A stretch of DNA of 64,000 nucleotides from a bacterium (GTDB taxonomy: Bacteria; Electryoneota; Electryoneia; Electryoneales; Electryoneaceae): positions 4,160,001-4,224,000 of the forward strand of contig CAXXKJ010000002.1 of assembly GCA_963675295.2 (NCBI GenBank), in the 5' to 3' direction. Under the pieces are notes generated by a model. It saw only the letters and a program-made list of their open reading frames with translations, was not told the origin of the DNA and ran no database searches. This document shows positions 57,013 through 64,000 of the stretch, piece by piece; the stretch's first letter is position 1, and every line of letters begins with the position of its first letter. Position numbers and translations under genes: made by a program.

Positions 57013-59427
57013 GTGAAGAACATCAGAGTACTCAGAATTCTTGTGTTTGTTGCCATGTTTGCAGTGCAGTTGATGTCCGCGTACGCGGCTCCTGAAGGCG
57101 GTCTTTCAGGCCGTGTGTTGAGCCGTTCTACGAAAGGGGCCTTGTACGGTGTCTCTGTGCATGTCCAGGGCATGGCGAAGGGCGCATCAACGAATGAGAT
57201 GGGGGAGTTCACCATTTCCAGGCTATCCCCCGGCTCCTACACTCTCGTCTTCTCATATCTCGGGTACGAGGAATTGACGGTCGACCAACTCGAGGTGGGA
57301 CTGACTGTGCTCGACCTCGGCGATGTGTATCTGGTCGATGAAGTGCTTTCACTCAATCAGGTTGTCGTGTCGCCGGGTTCCTATTCCGTCATGGGTACAG
57401 AACAGCTTTCGCGGCAGACGCTGAGCAAAGAAGAAATTGAGAATATGTCTTACGCCGAAGATGTCACCCGAGCGGTCACACGTTTACCCGGTGTGACTTC
57501 CAACGACTATTCGTCAAAGTTTTCTGTGCGCGGTGGTGAGGCAGATGAGGTGCTGTTCCTGCTGGATGGCATGGAACTGTACGAACCGTTTCACCAACGT
57601 GACTTCGCTGGCGGCCTGTTCAGTCTGGTGGACGTGGAAACCATAGACGGCATCGATCTGATGACCGGTGGCTACCCGGCTCGATACGGAAACCGGCAGA
57701 GCGCGGTGTTTGACATGCGAACAAAACGACAGCGGATAAGCGAGCGTAATACAACCCTTGGTTTTAGCATTATGGCTCTTAGTGGATATACTGACGGAAC
57801 ATTCTCGGATGGTCGCGGTCGATATCAACTCAGCGCCCGTCAGGGTATTTTGAACGTGCTGTTCAAATTAGCTGATCAGACTGAACGAACACCTGAATTC
57901 TATGATGCTGCTGGCAAGGTGGAATGGGATCTCAACGACAGACACGAGCTGTCCTTCCATTTCCTCACGGCGGGTGACAAGACCGCCATTCGCGACGAAG
58001 CCCCGCGAGAATTCCCGGAGGACGATCCCGCCCCCGGTCAGGATTTCGACCGGCACGACACACTCTACGACAACAACTACGCGTGGCTGACCCTGCGCTC
58101 GATCTTCAGCAAAAGGCTTACCGCACGCTCCATCGCCTACTTCGGGCGCATCCATCACAACCGCCGTGGGGCGATGGACAAATACGATCGTGGTGACAAA
58201 CTGGTATTCAGCTTGCGTGACCGGCGTAACTACCAGTTCTTCGGCTTGAAACAGGATTGGGACTGGGACATTTCCGACCGCGTCTACCTGCAATACGGAT
58301 TTAATGTGAAATCTCAGGAAGCGGACTACGACTATTACTACTCCACCGACGAATGGCGGATGAATGAGAACGCTGAATTCTTCCGCTACCAGCGCCAGTA
58401 TGGCTACGACGACGTGAAGTCCGGTGGGCAAACAGCCGCCTACACCTCTCTGCGCTGGAAGGCGACGGACAGACTCTATTTCGATTCTGGCTTGCGCCAC
58501 GATTTCGTCAGCCACACCGATGATAACCTGATCAGCCCGCGCCTGGGCGTGGCGTATTCACTGGGACGAAACACCGTTCTGCGCGGCGGTTGGGGCTATT
58601 TCTACCAATCCCAGGGAATCAATGAGCTGGATGTCAATCACAACGTCCGCCAATTCGACGAAGCCGAACTATCCACCCACTACGTGGTCGGTCTGGAGCA
58701 CACATTCAATCGAGGCCTGAATGTCCGTGTGGATGGCTACTACAAAGACATCTCCCGCATGAGCCCCGGGTATTTCAACCTGCGTGATCCGTGGGAGCTG
58801 TTCCCCGAATCCCGCAACGACAATGTCCGCCTGGAGTTTGATGGTGCTCGGGCGTGGGGCCTTGAAGTGTTCATGAAATACGACATGGGCGACAAGTATT
58901 CCTGGTGGCTGTCGTACGCGTACACGAAGGCGGAAGAAAACGTCACCGCCATCGCGTTCGACGGAGTGCTGGACCGCCGCCTCGGCTGGCTGCCGCGCGA
59001 AACCGACCAGCGCCACACCATCTACGCCGATATGAACTACCGACCTTGGACCGACTGGCTGATCAACGTGTCCTGGCAGTTCCATACCGGCTGGCCGTAC
59101 ACCCAATACACTTTCAACTTCACTGAGCTACCCAACGGCGACCTGCACTGGCAGCCGGCCCACTACGAATTTCGCGGTGAGCAATTCGATCCCTACCACC
59201 GCATGGATGTGCGCGTCAATCGGTACTGGACCACCGGCTGGGGTCGCTTGTCCGCGTACCTGCATATCATCAACCTGTACAACCGTGAGAACATCCGGAA
59301 ATGGGATCTGGATACAGGTACCGATGATGGCGCTGTCCCGGATGGCCAGGGGGGATACGTCTACTTCGAAGATCCAGCTCTCTGGTTTGGCGTCACTCCG
59401 ATACTCGGCGTGTCGCTGGAGTTCTGA
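57013..59427 (+). CDS. TonB-dependent receptor, paralog of upstream TBDR
   Basis: FSVRGGEADE, TGGYPARYGNRQSAV, C-terminal VSLEF; GTG start after GGGGAG. Confidence 0.9.
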   Translation: MKNIRVLRILVFVAMFAVQLMSAYAAPEGGLSGRVLSRSTKGALYGVSVHVQGMAKGASTNEMGEFTISRLSPGSYTLVFSYLGYEELTVDQLEVGLTVLDLGDVYLVDEVLSLNQVVVSPGSYSVMGTEQLSRQTLSKEEIENMSYAEDVTRAVTRLPGVTSNDYSSKFSVRGGEADEVLFLLDGMELYEPFHQRDFAGGLFSLVDVETIDGIDLMTGGYPARYGNRQSAVFDMRTKRQRISERNTTLGFSIMALSGYTDGTFSDGRGRYQLSARQGILNVLFKLADQTERTPEFYDAAGKVEWDLNDRHELSFHFLTAGDKTAIRDEAPREFPEDDPAPGQDFDRHDTLYDNNYAWLTLRSIFSKRLTARSIAYFGRIHHNRRGAMDKYDRGDKLVFSLRDRRNYQFFGLKQDWDWDISDRVYLQYGFNVKSQEADYDYYYSTDEWRMNENAEFFRYQRQYGYDDVKSGGQTAAYTSLRWKATDRLYFDSGLRHDFVSHTDDNLISPRLGVAYSLGRNTVLRGGWGYFYQSQGINELDVNHNVRQFDEAELSTHYVVGLEHTFNRGLNVRVDGYYKDISRMSPGYFNLRDPWELFPESRNDNVRLEFDGARAWGLEVFMKYDMGDKYSWWLSYAYTKAEENVTAIAFDGVLDRRLGWLPRETDQRHTIYADMNYRPWTDWLINVSWQFHTGWPYTQYTFNFTELPNGDLHWQPAHYEFRGEQFDPYHRMDVRVNRYWTTGWGRLSAYLHIINLYNRENIRKWDLDTGTDDGAVPDGQGGYVYFEDPALWFGVTPILGVSLEF

Positions 59428-59467
59428 GACCCATTCTCACGACTGGTCGAATTGAGGAGATCCTGAG

Positions 59468-60220
59468 ATGAAGAAAGTCCCGATCATACTGTTCCTGCTA
59501 CCTGTACTGCTGATGCTTTGCGCTGCAGGATGCAACAAGGATAATACCAGAAGCAGTCCCATTGTGCCGGGTGACGAACGTGAGCCAGATACAACCTATC
59601 ACCCGCAAATTGATCCGGAGTCATTTACCAGCGCCATCGACAACAGCTGGCTGCCGATGCCGGCAGGGTACACTTACGTATACGAAGGAGAAACGGAGGA
59701 GGGGCTTGAACATATCGAGGTGACCTTTTCCGCGGACACTCGCATGGTCATGGGTGTCGAATGTCGCGTAGTACGTGACAAGGTCTGGGTGGACGGGGAG
59801 TTCGTGGAGGATACCTGGGACTGGTACGCGCAGGACAGCCAGGGCAACATTTGGTACTTCGGCGAAGACTCCTATGACTTCGAGGACGGCGCGTGGGTAT
59901 TGTCATCGGGGAGCTGGGAAGCGAATGTCGATGGTGCCCAGCCCGGGATATATATGCATGCCGTTGCGGAAATCGGTGTGGATTACCGGCAGGAGTACTA
60001 TTTCAATCATGCCGAGGACATGGCTCGCGTACTTGAAACGAACGCATCCGCAACCATAGGCCTCGGCACCTACACGGATTGCCGCATCACACTGGACTGG
60101 AATCCGTTGGAAGAAGGATCTGAAGAAACCAAGACCTATGCACCCGGCGTCGGGCAGATCCGTGAAACGATCATGGAGACTGGGGATGTGATCGAATTGA
60201 TCGAAATCATTGAGCGGTAA
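59468..60220 (+). CDS. Acidic lipoprotein of unknown function
   Basis: Lipobox AAG-C; EDTWDWYAQD..GNIWYFGE, YRQEYY, YAPGVG. Confidence 0.75.
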   Translation: MKKVPIILFLLPVLLMLCAAGCNKDNTRSSPIVPGDEREPDTTYHPQIDPESFTSAIDNSWLPMPAGYTYVYEGETEEGLEHIEVTFSADTRMVMGVECRVVRDKVWVDGEFVEDTWDWYAQDSQGNIWYFGEDSYDFEDGAWVLSSGSWEANVDGAQPGIYMHAVAEIGVDYRQEYYFNHAEDMARVLETNASATIGLGTYTDCRITLDWNPLEEGSEETKTYAPGVGQIRETIMETGDVIELIEIIER

Positions 60221-60276
60221 CCTCTGTGAACTCGCGGTCTAACGTCCTCTTAACCCTCCGGACGTAGGCCACAATT

Positions 60277-60308
60277 TCCCCGGATACATCTTGTATTCGG
60301 GGATTTTT
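60277..60308. terminator. Terminator between convergent genes
   Basis: TCCCCGGATAC...GTATTCGGGGA followed by TTTTT. Confidence 0.65.
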
Positions 60309-60319
60309 GCTTCAGGGAC

Positions 60320-61726
60320 TCAGCTAATGGCAGGGGTGGGGAATTCAAGTGTTGCACGGAACAGATTATCTGTGGTCAGGTCGTATCGCACTTTGATCCC
60401 AAGCGCGTTGGCATAAGCCTCGACCAGTGTCAGCCCAAGCCCAAACCGCTCAGTACCACTCCGATTCTCGTCCTTCTGCCAGAACGGTTTCGCGATATCA
60501 GCCAGGTCAACCGTTTGCAGCGATTGCGTGGGGTTGCTGATGGACCAGGTGATACTCGTTGCATGGGTCGCTAGCTCAATTGCTATACGCTCATGATCGT
60601 TGGTGTAATGGCAGGCATTAATCATCAGATTTGAAAACATGGATTTCAGCAATTCTGCGGATGATTTAATTTGAACATGATCCGGCAACCGAGTCTGGAT
60701 CGTACACACACTTCCAGTCCGGTCCTGCAGGCCGGCTAGCGTGTACGCTGTGAGCGCCGCGAGATCAACCATGTCATCGGGAACACTCTTGCGGATTTCC
60801 TCCGAACGTGCGATGGCGAGCAATGCACTTACCAGCACATCCAACTGTTTGGAAATGGCCAAGATGTCGTTGAGGTAGATTATCTGTGATGAGTCATCTG
60901 TGTTCTGTAGCCGCTGGAGTTCAACCTCTGCGAGTGTTCGTAGCTCAGCGATTGGGGTCCGGAGTTCATGAGCAGCATCCGCAGTGAATCGTTTCTCGCG
61001 CTGATACGCTTCATCTATGCGATAGAATGCTCTGTTTAAAGCTGCAACAAGGGGGCGAACTTCTTTAGGCTGGATTTGTTCCGGCAGCCGCTGATCGAGT
61101 TTGTCCACATCCAGGTTTTCAACGGATACTTGGAGTTGATGCAATCGTCCCAGCGCCCAATTGACCGCTAACAACACCACGGGAATTGTAATGATTAGTA
61201 GCACAACACCGGCAACAACGATTCCAGCCAGCACTGACCTCAATGTTGTGTCCAATGGTTCACGGGTGGTTGCCAGAGAAAGGACAAGCGGAACAGGATC
61301 ATTGGTCTCAGATGGTTCTTCAATTCGTGGAACGTAAGCCCATCTCAGCAGGCGACCGGCAGATCCATTGGGGAGGATGACATTGTTGAAAACCATTGAA
61401 TCCGGCATGCTGTCATCACGAACCATTTCATCAATTCCGTACTCGACCAGAACAGTGCCCGTAGCTGTCACGAGCATGAACCACGGATCAGCAGTTGTAT
61501 CAAGTAGTGCATGATTGGCAAGGTCTTCCAAGTCGATTTCGAACTGGCCACGCTCGTTGATTTCTGTGACCTGAATGATGTTCTGAGCTTGTTCCTGCAT
61601 TCCATTGTCGAATGATGCTTGCATCGTCTGATGCAGGGTAGACCACATCATTGCTCCAGCGATCAGAATCAAGATGGTGAAGCTGGCCAACAAACTGATC
61701 AGCAGACGTGTGTGTATGGAGTTCAC
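60320..61726 (-). CDS. Sensor histidine kinase (QseC/CzcS-like, HAMP-HisKA)
   Basis: REKRFTADAAHELRTPIA, NLMINA, GLGLTLV. Confidence 0.9.
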   Translation of the reverse strand: MNSIHTRLLISLLASFTILILIAGAMMWSTLHQTMQASFDNGMQEQAQNIIQVTEINERGQFEIDLEDLANHALLDTTADPWFMLVTATGTVLVEYGIDEMVRDDSMPDSMVFNNVILPNGSAGRLLRWAYVPRIEEPSETNDPVPLVLSLATTREPLDTTLRSVLAGIVVAGVVLLIITIPVVLLAVNWALGRLHQLQVSVENLDVDKLDQRLPEQIQPKEVRPLVAALNRAFYRIDEAYQREKRFTADAAHELRTPIAELRTLAEVELQRLQNTDDSSQIIYLNDILAISKQLDVLVSALLAIARSEEIRKSVPDDMVDLAALTAYTLAGLQDRTGSVCTIQTRLPDHVQIKSSAELLKSMFSNLMINACHYTNDHERIAIELATHATSITWSISNPTQSLQTVDLADIAKPFWQKDENRSGTERFGLGLTLVEAYANALGIKVRYDLTTDNLFRATLEFPTPAIS

Positions 61727-62400
61727 TCCTCCACCCCACCGATCATGTAGCCCAATCCACGTCGTGTTCTAATGAATGATATTTGTCCCGGTACGTCGAT
61801 CATTTTACGCAGGGTGCTGATTGCAGCTTCGACGGCATTGCTGGCAGGTTGACGGTCGTCGTCATAGAGGTGCAGTTCCAGTTCCCGACGGGTAACCATC
61901 TGACCCTGCCGCAACATCATGTACTCCAGCAGTGCCAGTTCACGTGGACGCATGTCCAGCGGTTGTCCATCTCGCCAGACCTGCCGTGTGTTCAGATTAA
62001 GACGAAGAAGATCGCACTCAACGACTGGTGTACGCTGAGCATATCGCCGTCTTACCAATGCTTTCACACGAGCTTGCAGCTCGGTTAGTGCAAAAGGCTT
62101 AACCAGGTAGTCGTCCGCGCCGGCAGTCAATCCCTGCACACGATCATCAACAGTGTCCTTCGCTGAGACAATGATAACCCCGGCAGCATGACCTGATCGT
62201 TTCATGCCCTCAAGCACGGCATACCCATCCTTCTCCGGCAGCATGATATCGAGGATGACTACATCGTAATCAATATCAGCGAGCAAAAGGAGGGCGCAGT
62301 CGCCGTCAGGTGCTGTATCAACAGCATACCCGAGCGTCTGCACCCCTTTCGCCATGTACTTGCGGAGACGTTCGCTGTCCTCAACAATCAGGCAGCGCAT
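61723..62400 (-). CDS. OmpR-family response regulator
   Basis: IVED, ILDIMLP, GADDYLVKPF, IRTRRGLGY. Confidence 0.93.
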   Translation of the reverse strand: MRCLIVEDSERLRKYMAKGVQTLGYAVDTAPDGDCALLLLADIDYDVVILDIMLPEKDGYAVLEGMKRSGHAAGVIIVSAKDTVDDRVQGLTAGADDYLVKPFALTELQARVKALVRRRYAQRTPVVECDLLRLNLNTRQVWRDGQPLDMRPRELALLEYMMLRQGQMVTRRELELHLYDDDRQPASNAVEAAISTLRKMIDVPGQISFIRTRRGLGYMIGGVEE

Positions 62401-62403
62401 GGA

Positions 62404-62898
62404 TCAGTCATCGTCTTCGCCATCGTCGTCATCATCATCATCTTCGCCAGACAGTTGTTGTCCATTGCCAAAATACATCAATTCATGAGTGTTGTCACCT
62501 ACCTTGATCTCAACTTCGTAGGCCATGATCTGGATTTTCACTGCTTCCTTGATCTTTGCGCCGTCATATTGCTGCATGATAGCCTGGCGAACGGCTTCCG
62601 GTAGTTGACTGTTTGCGATTTCGGTTTCGATCTCGAGCACTTCACCGTTCTCGCCGACTTCGACTTCAACATCATCTTCTTCGGCTTCGTAGACTGTCAT
62701 CCCACCTTCGGTTTCAGCGACGACATCGCCAGGCTGTTCGCCATCGAAGGCAGCCAGAAATGCTTGCTGTACGGATGCCGGCAACGCATCCCATTTGACC
62801 GAACGTTCGTCATCTTCTGCAATCGTTGTTTGAACGGTACCAAAAACGGCGATTCCAGCGATCAGGATAAATCCTGTCAGCCACAGCATCTTTTTCAT
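62404..62898 (-). CDS. Periplasmic PepSY-like (BLIP-like) protein with poly-Asp tail
   Basis: Signal peptide; two LP..V.QA repeats; YEAE / YEVEI; GEDDDDDDDGEDDD. Confidence 0.72.
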   Translation of the reverse strand: MKKMLWLTGFILIAGIAVFGTVQTTIAEDDERSVKWDALPASVQQAFLAAFDGEQPGDVVAETEGGMTVYEAEEDDVEVEVGENGEVLEIETEIANSQLPEAVRQAIMQQYDGAKIKEAVKIQIMAYEVEIKVGDNTHELMYFGNGQQLSGEDDDDDDDGEDDD

Positions 62899-63095
62899 CT
62901 CATCTCTCCTCAGTGTTCAACCTTAAATCTGTGTGCCCTGAAGTATAGAATCGCGAATCTTACACGATAATTACCTACCCATCAAAAAGCGCCACTGAAG
63001 AGCAACAGATTGCCCGGATCATCCAGGTAGCCTAATGGAAATCTCCTGTCACCCCCTCAAAGATTCGTTGGCCCATATTTGGCCCACGGACGGAA

Positions 63096-63127
63096 AAAGA
63101 GGTTACGCCAATTTGCGTAACCTCTTT
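63096..63127 (-). terminator. Terminator downstream of tRNA-Lys (element-supplied)
   Basis: AAAGAGGTTACGC-CAATTT-GCGTAACCTCTTT hairpin. Confidence 0.75.
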
Positions 63128-63137
63128 CTATTTCTAG

Positions 63138-63210
63138 TGCGCCATCAGGGACTTGAACCCCGAACCTGCGGATTAAGAGTCCGTTGCTCTGCCAATTGAG
63201 CTAATGGCGC
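63138..63210 (-). tRNA. trnK: tRNA-Lys (CTT), CCA not encoded
   Basis: GCGCCATTAGCTCAATTGGCAGAGCAACGGACTCTTAATCCGCAGGTTCGGGGTTCAAGTCCCTGATGGCGCA folds as a cloverleaf. Confidence 0.96.
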
Positions 63211-63595
63211 AAAATGCTTGTTGTGTTTACGGTGTGGCTGCCAGCTCACGCCACGGTTGCAAGTCTACTGTACAGTGGGGTCGCGAATCTGCTGTAGAAA
63301 CGATCTACGACCAGATGTACACCTGTCTTCGAACTCGCTGTGCCGCGAAACCGTTGTCAAGTCTACCGTTGTCCAGCGAACTGAGTGTCGGCGACCTCGC
63401 CGCAAACGACCCGCCATGATACGAAACGAGCGCGCCCGGCGCAACTGTGTTCTCCGCGCAGCGCGCCTGGACACTTGATCAGATGGTTCTCAGCAAACAG
63501 AATCTCGTAAACGCCCGTCAATCAGCGACGTTGCAGCGTCCGCCACACCGGATGCAATCTAACCTGGAGAACTCCCGTTCGCCTGGAATCGACGC

Positions 63596-64000
63596 TTATT
63601 CGGAATCGGTTTGAGCCTCATCCATGTTCTGTTCGGCGAACTTCATCACTTCTTCGATGTCTTCGACATCCTTGCCGAGATTGGCCAGTTCCCACCGGGC
63701 GGACATCACCATGCCGCTGTCGCTGGTTGCGCTGTAGGTGTCGAGGAACGTCTTGTACGCTTCCTTGGCCATGGTGGTGTCACGGATGTCATTGGCGTAC
63801 AGGAAGCCGATCATGAACTGGGCTTCGTCGGCACGTTCGCCGTTCGGATAGGCGTCAACCACCGCCTGGTAAGCGGCGACAGCTGCGTAGAAGTCGCGTG
63901 CTTCCTGGGCCTTCTTGGCCTTGACAAACAGTTCTTCTTCCGATGGACCGCTGGCACAACCGGTGCTCAGAACCAGCGCCGTCACCAGCACAAGGGCGGC
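63596..64000 (-). CDS. TPR lipoprotein (BamD/YbgF-like), 5' end outside window
   Basis: LSTG-C lipobox; AVAAYQAVVDAYP....DEAQFMIGFLY. Confidence 0.7.
   Translation of the reverse strand, partial: AALVLVTALVLSTGCASGPSEEELFVKAKKAQEARDFYAAVAAYQAVVDAYPNGERADEAQFMIGFLYANDIRDTTMAKEAYKTFLDTYSATSDSGMVMSARWELANLGKDVEDIEEVMKFAEQNMDEAQTDSE

Larger units (their letters stand above)
52194..63176. mobile_element. Island 2: ~11 kb integrase-less tandem island
   Basis: Bounded by tRNA-Lys direct repeats; att-proximal hairpin and arm-like repeat resemble island 1; no recombinase ORF. Confidence 0.75.

Overview
GC-rich Gram-negative chromosome, probably a non-Bacteroidota FCB-group bacterium (inferred from T9SS-type C-terminal sorting domains, a PorV/PorQ-like barrel and TonB-dependent receptors without SusD). 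Three parts. (1) 0.3-25.8 kb is host DNA: an ABC permease, a CPA2 antiporter with a membrane-anchored PTS EIIA, then a ~21 kb same-strand locus that looks like a complete glycoprotein N-glycan foraging system (GH130, CBM9-like, Na+:solute symporter, GH38, PNGase F-like, GH20, TonB-dependent receptor, three secreted CTD proteins including an S8 protease, PorV-like barrel). (2) ~26.0-52.2 kb is an integrative, satellite-like island bounded by copies of the tRNA-Lys 3' half. It has a tyrosine integrase, an XRE/HTH switch, an AEP primase-SF3 helicase, a mirror-symmetric iteron origin, an Xis-like gene, a DUF932 / Fe-S PD-(D/E)XK nuclease / SSB-like module, and cargo (FG-GAP and other CTD proteins, NADAR, ankyrin, two-component system, IS3-type IS). 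No capsid or conjugation genes are recognisable. (3) ~52.2-63.1 kb is a second, integrase-less island in tandem (ECF sigma, FecR, two TBDRs, lipoprotein, PepSY-like protein, two-component system), followed by the intact tRNA-Lys(CTT) and a partial TPR lipoprotein. All calls come from motif recognition by eye; no database searches were run.
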